In this document: positions 36,230 to 49,699 of the stretch, one piece after another
Numbering within the stretch: position 1 is the stretch's first letter
Layout of the letters: each line of letters opens with the position of its first letter
Assembly (NCBI GenBank): GCA_002269645.1
Contig: NIVC01000501.1
Span: 62,001-126,000, forward strand
Direction: 5' to 3'
Length of the DNA stretch: 64,000 nt
Source of the DNA: Macrostomum lignano
Taxonomy: Eukaryota
Position numbers and translations under genes: made by a program
Notes under the pieces: generated by a model
Database searches by the model: none
Seen by the model: the letters and a program-made list of their open reading frames with translations, nothing else
What the model was told of the DNA's origin: nothing

Positions 36230-36722
36230 ATCAGATTGGGGTTTTTATGGGATCGGAATGGGATTTTTATGGGATCGGATTGGGATTTTTATGGGATCGG
36301 ATTGGGGTTTTTATGGGATCGGATTGGGGTTTTTATGGGATCGGATTGGGATTTTTATGGGATCGGAATGGGGTTTTTATGGGATCGGAATGGGGTTTTT
36401 ATGGGATCGGAATAGGGTTTTTATGGGATCGGAATGGGGTTTTTATGGGATCGGAATGGGGTTTTTATGGGATCGGAATGGGGTTTTTATGGGATCGGAA
36501 TAGGGTTTTTATGGGATCGGAATGGGGTTTTTATGGGATCGGAATGGGGTTTTTATGGGATCGGAATGGGGTTTTTATGGGATCGGATTGGGATTTTTAA
36601 GGAATCGAAATGGGACTTCAAGGGATCAGAATGGGATTTTTAAGGAATCGGAATGGGATTTCTAAGGGATCGGAATGGGATCTCTAAGGGATCGGAATGG
36701 GATCTCTAAGGAATCGGAATGG
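36230..36722. repeat. ~22-bp minisatellite GGGATCGGAATGGGGTTTTTAT
   Basis: Direct reading. Confidence 0.92.
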
Positions 36723-36924
36723 GACTACTGCAGTTAGAAAGATGGATAATAAGTTATCCTTCTAAGGAAAAAAGAAAAGATAAACGGAATTAATTACTTT
36801 GGATCACTGGTCCAAAACGACACGACAGACTAATAATAAGATAAAAAACAGCTAATAATTTATATACTCGTATATAAATGAATTCAACGCCTAAAGCCTA
36901 ATTAACTGTCAACGTAATCAATCT

Positions 36925-38630
36925 TCACTCCCTATCGCCGCCGCAAGCAGCCGGCACAATGCTGGTTGGTACAAAGGCATTGCGCGCCACGTAGTCAGAC
37001 ACGGAGCCAAGGAAGGCACGGCGAAGCGAGCCGAGACCGCGGCACCCGATGACAATGTGACTGACGTTGAACCGGTTGGACGCCTCCACGATCGCTTCGC
37101 CGGGGTGTCGGCTGTTCTCCGCTACGAACTGAAAGTTGCGAATGTCCGCGTCGCGAGCCCTGACGGTGTACTCGTCCTCCAGGGCTCGCATGGCCTCCAG
37201 CCGGCTCATGAGGATCCGGTGCCAGTCATCCACTGGGACCTGCGCGGTTAGGGTCGTGCACCTTGGCTTTAAGTCTCTTCGAATCTCCCCCAGTCTCTTC
37301 GAATCTCCCCCAGTCTCTTCGATCTCCCCCAGTCTCTTCGAATCTCCCCCAGTCTCTTCGAATCTCCTCCCAGTCTCTTCGAATCTCCCCCAGTCTCTTC
37401 AAATCTCCCCCAGTCTCTTCGAATCTCCCCCAGTCTCTTCGAATCTCCTCCCAGTCTCCTCGAATCTCCCCCAGTCTCTTCGAATCTCCCCCAGTCTCTT
37501 CGAATCTCCCCCAGTCTCTTCGAATCTCCCCCAGTCTCTTCGAATCTCCCCCAGTCTCTTCGAATCTCCCCCAGTCTCTTCGAATCTCCCCCAGTCTCTT
37601 CGAATCTCCCCCAGTCTCTTCGAATCTCCTCCCAGTCTCTTCGAATCTCCCCCAGTCTCTTCGAATCTCCCCCAGTCTCTTCGAATCTCCCCCAGTCTCT
37701 TCGAATCCCCCCCAGTCTCTTCAAATCTCCCCCAGTCTCTTCGAATCTCCTCCCAGTCTCTTCAAATCTCCCCCAGTCTCTTCGAATCTCCTCCCAGTCT
37801 CTTCGAATCTCCTCCCAGTCTCTTCGAATCTCCTCCCAGTCTCTTCGAATCTCCCCCAGTCTCTTCAAATCTCCCCCAGTCTCTTCGAATCTCCTCCCAG
37901 TCTCTTGAAATCTCCCCCAGTCTCTTCGAATCTCCTCCCAGTCTCTTCGAATCTCCTCCCAGTCTCTTCGAATCTCCTCCCAGTCTCTTCGAATCTCCTC
38001 CCAGTCTCTTCGAATCTCCCTAATTCTTTTCAAATCTTCCCTAATTCTTTTCAAATCTTCCCCATTCTTTAAAATATCCCCATTCTTTCATATCTTTCCC
38101 ATTCTATCCAAATCAAGCATTCAATTTTCAATTTGCATATACATTTGTATATAGACTATTGTATTGAAGTGGGAATAAATCACGAAGATTTAGTTAGTTA
38201 ATTTAAATACGCTCGTACGCACACTTGTTTTAGTTTATGGCTACAAAAGCCGAGGGTTTTCTCATTTTCATTCTCATTGGATAAGAATTGATTTGCATAA
38301 GACATCTTATATTATTAAAAATTCGACTCTAATTTGCATAGAAAAATGAAAACTATAATAACTTTTCACAGAAATACTGCAGTATTTCTGTGTAAAGATA
38401 CAATGCATAGCAACGAAATTCTGACTCGAATCGAATGATGAATCCTACTTTCAACTTACAGAAATTGGAGAAGACATGGTGACATTGGGCAAGCTGGGCG
38501 CCTCAGCGGAGTGATAGACTATAACACGATCGTCCGGGCGAAACAGTTCGCTGACGAACCAGCGAAACGCCTGCCTAGAATGGTCGCTTTCGTCGACTGC
38601 GATTAGTACTGTCCTCGGGCCGGACGACAT
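36925..38630 (-). CDS. Universal stress protein A-like protein, ~161 aa; exons 38630-38460 and 37239-36925
   Basis: N-terminal RTVLIAVDESDHSRQAF and ATP-binding motif G-x2-G-x9-GS (GCRGLGSLRRAFLGSVSDYV). Phase-0 intron TCT|gtaagt...gcgcag|GTC. Confidence 0.92.
37273..38022. repeat. ~20-bp minisatellite in the USP intron
   Basis: TCTTCGAATCTCCCCCAGTC units. Confidence 0.95.
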
Positions 38631-40059
38631 TATACTGATGCGTTTGCTGTGTATAAAAACCGTCAATTAAAAATAACTAACTTAATAATACGAGCGTAAG
38701 AAGTGATATATTTCTTTAAGTACTCGATGCACTGCTGGCTTTTAATAAACTGGAGATCCAGTTCATTCCAAACTCTCCATTACATACAGAACGCATCATA
38801 ACTCCTTTACCCCGTCCTGTCCGGTTCTTACTCACCCTCTGTCCAGTTTTCTCTCCCCCCTTCCCGCGGCGCTTGCGTGAATGTACATTCCCTCCTGGAT
38901 AAGGGAGGTGGCAGAGAAACCCCCAGACTGCACTGTACATTCAACCCCACAGCGGGCCAGCGTGGAATGTACACTTGAAAAAGTCATTGATCGGGCTTCC
39001 CCTCCCCCAGTCCCCCAAACTAGTTTTCGCACTCGCCTTCTGGGCCTACATACATGTAGTATAGCATGATTAGCATCCCCAGCTGACCTCAGTCAATCTC
39101 GGATGAGCTCTGGATTTTACATCTTCCTTACAGCCGGCCGCTCCCAGTCCAGAGTCGGCTAGCTATCTGCTAAATTCTAGTAATTATCCGAGTACACCCG
39201 CTAATCTACTGCTGAGTAGATTAGGTAAAGAATGAAAAAGGACCATAAACTGAAATTGTTAACGAATTAGTGGGTATTCGTTATTCTATATAGTACAAAA
39301 ATGAAATCATATATCCGAAGGGCCTGGTTCTGTGTATTTGTCTGACTCTCTATGCACACTGTTGTAAATAGATTAGCACTAATATAATAACAAATTGGTC
39401 ACGCAGGCATCCTCGGAGTCAGTTTTAACAAAACGAAAGCAACAAAAACACAAAATTGTTCATGGAATTGCCGAAATAAGCGCAAACAAATCAATGTTGC
39501 TGTGTTACTAAGTGGACTAAAAGCTATTTTCCAAGCTAGTGTCCTTTGTCAGATTTTGACAACTTAAAAATTGCGAGAGCTTTCAAGAATAATATTTTTT
39601 TTGCAAAAAAGCATTGACAATATAGTTGACGCGAGGTATAAACACCACAAAAATTTGACAAAGAATGAAAATAAGGGAAACAAGGCGCCAAGCCAAAACA
39701 AGCACAGTGACTTGCGTAAAATTCCTGCACGAATCAAACATAGAAGGAATGGAAGAATTAACTAATAAAGCAACTAAAACTCCTAATACAGCGCAATGAT
39801 TGCAAGATGGCAATGCTGGTCCCAAAAGTTCTTCGTACACGAGCGTTGTTTTACAATATATCTGATAGCTAAAATTGAAAAGCAATTCATAATTTTCTAG
39901 AAGAGCTAGAAAGAAATACTTCACAATGATAAAATGTGGCATGAAAATATGAATTTGTTCACTGTAAGTGCAATTTTGAACAAAACACAATCAAGAGACA
40001 AAATAAAAAACTATGCAGGCTCTGAAAACAGTATAGAAAAAAACATGAAACCGAAAACA

Positions 40060-40560
40060 GTCCTTATTATTAGCTATTTAAACTTTATTTGTGCCAGAGA
40101 TTTAGCGGCACTCTTCTACCCCATCCCCAATGTACATTGGCCATGCAAAACCTTCATTCCACTCCTAGCTATTTAAACTTTATTTGTGCCAGAGATTCAG
40201 CGGCACTCTTCTACCCCCATCCCCAATGTACATTGGTCATGCAAAACAGCCCTTATCTCTATTCAACTCCTAGCTATTTAAACTTTATTTGTGTCAGAGA
40301 TTCAGCGGCACTCTTCTACCCCCATCCCCAATGTACATTGGTCATGCAAAACAGCCCTTATCTCTATTCAACTCCTAGCTATTTAAACTTTATTTGCGTC
40401 AGAGATTCAGCGGCACTCTTACCCCATCCCCAATGTACATTGGCCATGAACAACAGCCCTTACCTCTTCATTCCACTCCTAGCTATTTAAACTTTATTTG
40501 TGTCAGAGATTCAGCGGCACTCCTCTACCCCAGGCCCCAATGTAAATCGCTCGAACACAA
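40060..40560. repeat. ~105-bp tandem repeat, ~4-5 copies, downstream of EB1
   Basis: CCTAGCTATTTAAACTTTATTTG..AATGTACATTGG units. Confidence 0.88.
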
Positions 40561-40868
40561 CAGCCTGGGTCTAACTCTTGCATTTAATTCCAGTTTCTTG
40601 GCCCCAATGTAAATACCCAACTAAGTCAGCATTGAAGTAAAGCGAATGTACATTGGATTCAAACCAATATTTTCACCAGGAAGCAGAAGCAAAAAATCAA
40701 ACAAGACTGAAAAAATCAAAACAACAGAATAAAGAAAAGTCAGAAAGAAAATTCTAGCATCCTAGCAAAGTGTGCCTGCCCGTGCGGCGCCCTACATAAA
40801 GTGCTCTGTGCACGCGAGTCTGTAAAAAAAGCCAATCAAATTTCAAAATCAATTCCAAGACCTTTAAC

Positions 40869-42048
40869 TCAAAAATCGTCGCCATCACCGCAGCCGTTTT
40901 CGGCCGAATTTGGAATGTCAGCAGCCTGACTGACACTGTCAGGCGGGGCGAAGCCTTCCTCAGTCTGGTACAGCACATCTAAGATAGCTTTAACTGTAGG
41001 CGTTTGATTGGCCTCTTGGCAGATTATTTCAACATTACGCAGTTTGCCAAAGTAGAAGTCCCTCTCGCGAACTAGGCTACCAATAGTTGTCTGAGCGTCT
41101 GCCTGTTGAAGCGATAATTCCTCTAATTGACGCTTTAACTCGGCCAGCTGTTGACTCTGATGCTGCTGCTGCTGCTGCGGATGAGACGCTGCCGCGTGGC
41201 GCTGGGTGTTTTGATAGCAGTTTAATATTTTTATATTCGATTTGCAAATGGCTCGTAACGCTCATAACCTTAGTAATTCAATGATAGGCTTAGGGAGATT
41301 CAAGAATCGCTGGATACTAGCATCAGGACATTCAAGGACCGCTGGATGTTAGTGTCGCAATATTCAAGGACCACTGAATAGCAGCATCGCGTCATTCAAG
41401 GACAGCTGGATAGTAGCATCAGGACATTCAAGGATCACTGAATAGTAGCATCGGGACATTCAAGAACAGCTGGATAGTAGCATCGGGACATTCAAGGACA
41501 GCTGGATAGTAGCATCAGGGCATTCAAGGACAGCTGGATAGTAGCATCGGGACATTCAAGGCCCACTGGATAGTAGCATCGGGACATTCAAGAACAGCTA
41601 AAGCGAGTCACTACAGAAACCACAGCATTCAAAAAGGCCGCTTGACGACTCACCCCCGCAGTGATTGACGAAGACCTAGACGCTGACGAGTGCTGCTGCT
41701 GCTGCTGCTTGGCGGGGACGCCGACATTCGGCGAGCGTCTGGCAGCCGCCAGCCTGGAGCCGCCGACAGTCCCCGTTGCAGCGGCGAGGCGTGTCCTGCC
41801 GCCCCACGCCGGGTGCACTGCGCAGGGCGCGGCGGCGGCCGCCGGGGATGCCGCAGCTCCAACTGAGGAGCCGTTCCTAGCGGCCACGGGATCGTACGCG
41901 GCGCCCGAATAGTTCGCGTCGAAAAAGCGCTTGAACCACTGCACGAACTCGAAGTTGTCCTGGAAGCGGGCGTTCACCAGGCGCTCGATTGGCACCTCCT
42001 GGGCGGCGGGGGCGGCTGGCAGTGAGCGACATACGGATAGAAAGACAG

Positions 42049-42091
<43 letters not shown>

Positions 42092-42118
42092 TACACACAG
42101 ACAGACAGAGAGACAGTA

Positions 42119-42155
<37 letters not shown>

Positions 42156-42200
42156 GTAAGACAGACAGGCAGGCAGACAGAAAGACAGACAGACAGACAC

Positions 42201-42291
<91 letters not shown>

Positions 42292-42372
42292 GGCAGACAG
42301 ACACACAGACAGACACACAGACAGACAGACAGACAGTCAGACACACAGACAGACAGACAGACAGACAGACAC

Positions 42373-42411
<39 letters not shown>

Positions 42412-42444
42412 GTCAGACACACAGACACACAGACAGACAGACAC

Positions 42445-42524
<80 letters not shown>

Positions 42525-42664
42525 GCAGGCAGGCAGGCAGAGACAGACACAGACAGACAGACAGGCAGACAGGCAGGCAGGCAGAGACAGACAGACAGAC
42601 AGACAGACAGGCAGACAGACAGACAGGCAGACAGATAGACAGACAGGCAGACAGGCAGGCAGGC

Positions 42665-42695
<31 letters not shown>

Positions 42696-45600
42696 GGCAG
42701 ACAGACAGGCAGGCAGAGACAGACAGACAGACACACAGATAGAGAACGCAGAAGTAACTGGGCCATCAAACTAAAAGCAGCAGCTGCTGAGATTAGCTGG
42801 GCTGAGTTGATGGAGAGCGACAAGCTAATGGAGATATATAATTACACAAGAAACTAATCAATCAAAATGATAATTGCAGAGACATAAGGTTCGCACACGG
42901 TGAGGCGTAGGTCGTGTCAGTTCGTGTTTCGTGACAATTCAAAAGACGTGAAACATGTCATGCACCTTAAGTCTTGTTAAAGTCAAATTGTCTAGCTATC
43001 AGCTAACAACTGATAGAAAAGAAAATGAAAGACTAAGCGGAGGATTTTAGAAATTCGAAAAATGATTTGTAAGACTGATTTTAAGGGTTGTTTGTGGGTG
43101 ACTGTACTGGCAGAAATGAGTTGTGGCTGACTGTAGAAATGAGTTGTGGCTGACTGTAGAAATGAGCTGTGGCTGACAGTAGAAATGAGTTGTGGCTGAC
43201 AGTAGAAATGAGTTGTGGCTGACAGTAGAAATGAGCTGTGGCTGACTGTAGAAATGAGCTGTGGCTGACTGTAGAAATGAGCTGTAGCTGACTGTAGAAA
43301 TGAGTTGTAGCTGACTGTAGAAATGAGTTGTAGCTGACTGTAGAAATGAGCTGTGGCTGACTGTAGAAATGAGTTGTGGCTGACTGTAGAAATGAGTTGT
43401 GGCTGATTGTAGAAATGAGTTGTGGCTGACTGTAGAAATGAGCTGTGGCTGACTGTAGAAATGAGCTGTGGCTGACTGTAGAAATGAGCTGTGGCTGACT
43501 GTAGAAATGAGCTGTGGCTGACTGTAGAAATGAGTTGTAGCTGACTGTAGAAATGAGCTGTGGCTGACTGTAGAAATGAGTTGTGGCTGACTGTAGAAAT
43601 GAGTTGTGGCTGACTGTAGCAATGAGCTGTGGCTGACTGTAGAAATGAGCTGTGGCTGACTGTAGAAATGAGCTGTAGCTGACAGTAGAAATGAGTTGTG
43701 GCTGACAGTAGAAATGAGTTGTGGCTGACAGTAGCAATGAGCTGTGGCTGACTGTAGAAATGAGCTGTGGCTGACTGTAGAAATGAGCTGTAGCTGACTG
43801 TAGAAATGAGTTGTAGCTGACTGTAGAAATGAGTTGTAGCTGACTGTAGAAATGAGCTGTAGCTGACTGTAGAAATGAGTTGTGGCTGACTGTAGAAATG
43901 AGTTGTGGCTGACTGTAGCAATGAGCTGTGGCTGACTGTAGAAATGAGCTGTGGCTGACTGTAGCAATGAGCTGTGGCTGACTGTAGAAATGAGTTGTGG
44001 CTGACTGTAGAAATGAGCTGTGGCTGACTGTAGAAATGAGTTGTGGCTGAGTGTAGAAATGAGTTGTGGCTGACTGTAGAAATGAGCTGTGGCTGACTGT
44101 ATAAACTTTATATTCTTAAGACAAGAATCACAATTTTATTTTCCAGTAGATTTTTTTCGCAAAAACAGCTAATTACAAAAGTAGGAGTACTACAAGACAG
44201 GCAATCATTACTGCTATTTTAGCATTCTTGATTGAAGGGACAAATAATTTAAAAGCAATCCACAGCGCAAAGAGTAAAAAGTCACTCAGCAAAAGTCGGG
44301 AGATAAGGTAATCTTCTAAAAAAGCAAAGCTAAAAACTAAAAGCAAAACAAAGCTTTCATATTTTTAACCAGATTTAACCAGATTTTCTTACCTTGTCGA
44401 CTCCGTGCTTTCTAAATAGGGCCTGCAACACTTTGAAGTTGCTAATGTACTCGTGCTCCAAATTAGTGTTGAATTTCACTCGCTTCATGTTCAGGGTGCC
44501 TGTAATTTAGTGAAAAAAATCAGTACAAGATTAGGCACAATTCAAATATCTGACTACTACTCATTGTTGCTACTACTAAGTAGCAAGCAAGGGACACTTA
44601 TAACAAAAATTCTATAGAAAAAAACAAACAGGATTTTTTATGATATGAAAATTAAAACGGACACTGACAATACAATAAGAACAGTCAGACTATTAGAGCC
44701 TGCATATTGGCTGCGAGACACACGGTTATCGATAGTTAATAAAACCAAGTTCACTAAGAGAGGTTAATAAGTAAGCTAATTAAGTTATATCAGTTCAATA
44801 GTTACTTTATAACCAGTGTTATGATTCAGATATAGAACCTGAAAGCTCACTGCTTGAAGAGATGAAAGATTCAGATAGACCCTGAAGCTCATTGCCTAAA
44901 GAGATGAAAGATTCAGATAAGACCCTGAAGCTCATTGCCTGAAGAGATGAAAGATTCAGATAGACCCTGAAGCTCATTGCCTGAAGGGATGAAAGATTCA
45001 GATAGACCCTGAAGCTCATTGCCTAAAGAGATGAAAGATTCAGATAAGACCCTGAAGCTCATTGCCTGAAGAGATGAAAGATTCAGATAGACCCTGAAGC
45101 TCATTGCCTGAAGGGATGAAAGATTCAGATAAGACCCTGAAGCTCATTGCCTGAAGGGATGAAAGATTCAGATAGACCCTGAAGCTCATTGCCTGAAGGG
45201 ATGAAAGATTCAGATAGACCCTGAAGCTCATTGCCTAAAGAGATGAAATATTCAGATAAGACCCTGAAGCTCACCGCCTAAAGAGATGAAATATTCAGAT
45301 AAGACCCTGAAGCTCATTGCCTGAAGGGATGAAAGATTCTGATAGACCCTGAAGCTCACTGTCTAAAGAGATGAAATATTCAGATAAGACCCTGAAGCTC
45401 ACCGCCTGAAGAGATGAAATATTCAGATGGAACCTGAAGCTCACTAAACGCAATAGAATGATAGAAGAAAAAATAAAATTCTACTCAATGCTATTTAATA
45501 GGTTAAACAGTAACACATGTACACAGAGTCACAGCTTAAAGAAGTCAGAGAAGGAATAAAACACACTTTTAACATTAGTCAATTTAAAAAGAAGAGTTTA

Positions 45601-46565
45601 CCTTCAATTTTCAAAAATACCTTTTTACGATGGCACATTTTAATATTTCCACAACACAAGAAACTGCAGGTAATAGAAATAAATAAATATGTTTTACAAA
45701 GCGAACAAGCAAAATTAAAATCTGTTTTTTAAACAGGGCCAAAACTTGCACTACAAATATAGTCATCAGCTGAAGACAGAGTGCAGTAAATTTTCAGTTT
45801 CAACTCTCAGTTACACGACTCTCAGTCACAGCTTTCATGACCCTCAGTCCCTTTCAGTCACAGCTATCATGTCTGTCACCCTCAGTCACTTTCAGTCATG
45901 AACCTCAGTCACTTTCAGTCATGAACCTCAGTCACTTTCAGTCATGAACCTCAGTCACTTTCAGTCATGAACCTCAGTCACTTTCAGTCACAGCTATCAT
46001 GACCCTCAGTCACTTTCAGTCACAGCTATCATGACCCTCAGTCACTTTCAGTCACAGCTATCATGACCCTCAGTCACTTTCAGTTATGAACCTCAGTCAC
46101 TTTCAGTCATGACCCTCAGTCACTTTCAGTCACAGCTGCCATGAACCTCAGTCACTTTCAGTCACAGCTATCCTGATTCTCAGTCACTTTCAGTCACAGC
46201 TATCATGACCCTCAGTCACTTTCAGTTATGAACCTCAGTCACTTTCAGTCATGACCCTCAGTCACTTTCAGTCACAGCTGCCATGAACCTCAGTCACTTT
46301 CAGTCACAGCTATCCTGATTCTCAGTCACTTTCAGTCACAGCTATCCTGATTCTCAGTCACTTTCAGTCCCAGCTAACAGTCAGGACACTCACCTGGAAA
46401 AAGTACATCCATAAGCTGACAGTACACGGCGCCCGAAGCTAACTCTTCAATCTTGGCCAAGTTAATCTGCAAGCAGTCGTTAATCCAATTGAGTATCTCG
46501 TGCCGACTCAAATTGTCAGTCATCTGCGATGTTGAATGCACGTTAATTGCCTGCTGGGCCAGCAT
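40869..46565 (-). CDS. MAPRE1: Microtubule end-binding protein EB1 family; exons 46565-46394, 44499-44393, 41998-41654, 41201-40869
   Basis: CH domain ([68 protein letters not shown]), EBH domain ([29 protein letters not shown]) and acidic-aromatic tail DGDDF. All GT-AG, phases 1, 0, 0. Invertebrate co-ortholog of MAPRE1-3. Confidence 0.93.
41300..41600. repeat. ~31-bp minisatellite in EB1 intron 3
   Basis: GGACATTCAAGGACAGCTGGATAGTAGCATC units. Confidence 0.85.
42045..42740. repeat. Compound (GACA)n microsatellite in EB1 intron 2
   Basis: Direct reading. Confidence 0.96.
43110..44100. repeat. 23-bp minisatellite GAGTTGTGGCTGACTGTAGAAAT in EB1 intron 2
   Basis: Direct reading; source of the [11 protein letters not shown] ORFs. 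Confidence 0.95.
44860..45445. repeat. ~42-bp minisatellite in EB1 intron 1
   Basis: GAAGCTCATTGCCTGAAGGGATGAAAGATTCAGATAGACCCT units. Confidence 0.92.
45830..46375. repeat. 23/32-bp minisatellite in EB1 intron 1
   Basis: CAGTCACTTTCAGTCATGAACCT-type units. Confidence 0.9.
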
Positions 46566-46858
46566 TTCAACTCCTAGGCGACGATCTTCGCTGCAAATAT
46601 CGGTTGATTGTACTTTTATTAGCAGATTATCGGATATGTTAGCGCGAGAATATTCTGGACTTACATAATATTATCGTTAGTACAAAGGGGTTCTATTTTG
46701 TACCAGAGCCGATATGTATCGTAAAATTATTAACTGACAGTAATTTAAATGAGAAAACCTTAATATTCCAAGGAGTTTTCTCCTTAAATGGAAAATAGAG
46801 TTTTGTACACCTCAACCTAGAATAACCAGATGGGCCACTCAGTACATTTGCGTGTAAG

Positions 46859-47193
46859 CTACTTTCAGTTCAGTAGCAAGTTAAACGGAAGCATTTTAAT
46901 GTATTTTTAAAGCCAAGGCTCATTTATTGGCTCTTAACCCCACTTAAACCTCCAACCGCGCCTTTCCATTTCCACACTACCCCCCCCCTCCCCCCGCCCC
47001 AATTTTTTACTTTCTCGGAATTTTAGCCTAAAGCGGCCATGTACATTTCAGTGGACTGGCCAATGTACATTATTGCCAATTAGCAAGTTGTTTACGCCTG
47101 CAAGCTTGGGCTTCTAAACTTATTAAATTCATTTCAGCAGCTTTTTTAATAAAATAGCTTATGTATTCTTCATTGCTACTGAACTGAAAGTAG
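46859..47193. mobile_element. MITE-like segment bounded by a perfect 21-bp inverted repeat
   Basis: CTACTTTCAGTTCAGTAGCAA (46859-46879) and its exact reverse complement (47173-47193); no clear TSD. Confidence 0.45.
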
Positions 47194-47338
47194 AAAGCTG
47201 TTTCACTAAGTATATATATGCCTGAATGGCCTTTCTAGTTATTTTAGTTTCTGAGTTCAACTGGGATCAAATTATCAAATTAAAAGCAAATTGAAAACTA
47301 AACAAGACCCATAAAACAATATATTGTTGAATAAGAAA

Positions 47339-47609
47339 CAGGGGTCGCCCAACTTCTTTACCTCAAAGGTCACGTAGAGAACCTAGCGCATTACTGCGAG
47401 CCAGATGAGAAGAGAGAAAGAGAAGGAATATAGAAGAGAAAAGGGAGACGAGGGTAGAGGGAAGATGAGATAGGAGAGAAGAAATGAGAGAAGGGGGAGG
47501 AGAGGAGAGAAAAAAAGAGACTCAAACTAAGAGGACCGGATTGCTGTTGTTTCAAAGGAACTGAGAGCCGGATAGAGAGGCTTCGCGGGCCGGAGTTTGC
47601 CAACCTCTG
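47339..47609. mobile_element. Degenerate hAT-type MITE
   Basis: Ends CAGGGGTCGCCCAACT / AGTTTGCCAACCTCTG match at 12 of 16 positions as an inverted repeat and resemble CAGGGGT..AAAC hAT termini; TSD not preserved. Confidence 0.35.
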
Positions 47610-48264
47610 CTTTACAAGCATCTAAATTTCCCACAGTCTCAATAACACCACGCATTCATTTATAAGTATTAATTACAGCCACTAATCCATGGGAAATTAT
47701 TAACTGCACAAGCGACTAATAAAGACAAGCAGTCTTGCAAAAGGCGAAATTTTTTTTCTTCTCACGCTGAGGGGGCATCGAATAACAGGCAGCAGAGCTA
47801 TATGAAGCAGAACTCTTATGGCATTACTATACACATAGTAAACAAACACACGACCCAGTGATTAAAAACCTGTCTTGGAGTTGGAAATCGGAGCAAAGTT
47901 TTCTGATAACAAAAACACACACAGCAAACCAATGTGCAGTTGCTATAAGTCTGCCAGTGAAGTCAGCAAAGAGCGGGAAAGTCTGAATTGTAGCTTATAG
48001 CTATTGAGCGACCATTAGCTTAGACTTTAGAATGAAATACATTCCAACACACACAAACTACAGCAGATTATAAATTGACAGCAAGATAATAAAATACAGA
48101 AAAATTCCGGTTTTAATTTGCGTTGGTACTGAGAATATGCTTGTAAGATAGATTGAATATTGACTTCGACTCGACGAGTAACAATTGTGTCTGGGAAACA
48201 ATTGAGATTGTCTAATAGTCCAGGGTCATGATTCTGACAATTTGAAAGAGTGACAGTAAGAGAT

Positions 48265-48875
48265 CAGTGGCAGTGAAGGGATCAGAGAGTGACAGTGAAG
48301 GGATCAGAGAGTAACAGTGAGGGGATCAGAGAGAGTGACAGTGAAGGGATCAGAGAGTGACAGTGAAGGGATCAGAGAGTGACAGTGAAGGGATCAGAGA
48401 GTGGCAGTGAAGGGATCAGAGAGAGTGACAGTGAGAGGATCAGAGAGAGTGACAGTGAAGGGATCAGAGAGTGGCAGTGAAGGGATCAGAGAGTGGCAGT
48501 GAAGGGATCAAGAGAGTGGCAGTGAGGGGATCAGAGAGTGGCAGTGAGGGGATCAGAGAGAGTGGCAGTGAGAGGATCAGAGAGTGGCAGTGAGGGGATC
48601 AGAGAGTGGCAGTGAGGGGATCAGAGAGAGTGGCAGTGAGGGGATCAGAGAGAGTGGCAGTGAGGGGATCAGAGAGTGGCAGTGAGGGGATCAGAGAGAG
48701 TGGCAGTGAGGGGATCAGAGAGTGGCAGTGAGGGGATCAGAGAGTGGCAGTGAGGGGATCAGAGAGAGTGGCAGTGAGGGGATCAGAGAGAGTGGCAGTG
48801 AGGGGATCAGAGAGTGACAGTGAGGGGATCAGAGAGAGTGGCAGTGAGGGGATCAGAGAGTGGCAGTGAGGAGAG
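48265..48875. repeat. 22-24-bp minisatellite GAGTGGCAGTGAGGGGATCAGA
   Basis: Direct reading. Confidence 0.93.
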
Positions 48876-49699
48876 ATCAGGAAGAGCTGAAACATCAGAG
48901 ACATGAGCCAAAGCAACTCAGTGATATTATTGACCAAACCAGAAACAAAACCAACACGCCAGTGAAAGATTAGTGCACAAACCTCGCGCATTGCAGCATA
49001 GCGCAGCCCTGAGTCGGGCCCTTCTTGTACACCAACTGAGTACTGCCTCCTTCATCGTCAAACAGCAGCCACAGCGTTGACATCGAAAAAGCGAATTAAT
49101 TATTCAGATAGAAGATTCCAGAAATAGCTTAAGCGTGCACAAAATGATTTCTAGATATAGCTTTCTTCCGTCGACTTTGCGTTATAAACTAACACTCTTT
49201 CGACGACAGTCTATATAGAGCCTGGGCATTTAGTTTCGTTCGTATATCGATTAGCTGCTCAAAAAATAAAGAAATGTCCAACACTGTCTACACTATAGCT
49301 GGTAGCCAGCAGACACAGAAAGAGAGAGAAAGAGCTATATCTGTTCCCCAATTGCTTATTGTTGTTTCTAAGCTCTTAGTTCTACCCCCACCCCTCCACT
49401 TCAGCAGGGCATTAATATTAAACTGTCTGTATAGTTACCGAGCATAGAAACTAGCAAGTGAGCAGGCAGCAGAGGGGCCGACATGAGGCGGGTGAGTTGT
49501 GTGAGTTCAGTTCAGCTGAAGAAGTTGAATTGAAAGCAGACTTCTGCGTGTACAAGAGTGGGGAAATTTCCCAAGGTAACTGGTACGCACTAGAATTGCC
49601 AGTCATGTAAATGGGATCGACTTTCCTTCTTACGCTCGTAAATAGCTATCTTCTTAAAGATAGTCTCCAGAAAGTTTAGTCAGCTTCTTGCAGTCAGCT

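Noticed and set aside
48120-49110. Short protein-like minus-strand frames (MSTLWLLFDDEGG.., NHDPGLLDNL..)
   Set aside because: Could not be joined in a consistent phase; no family recognised.
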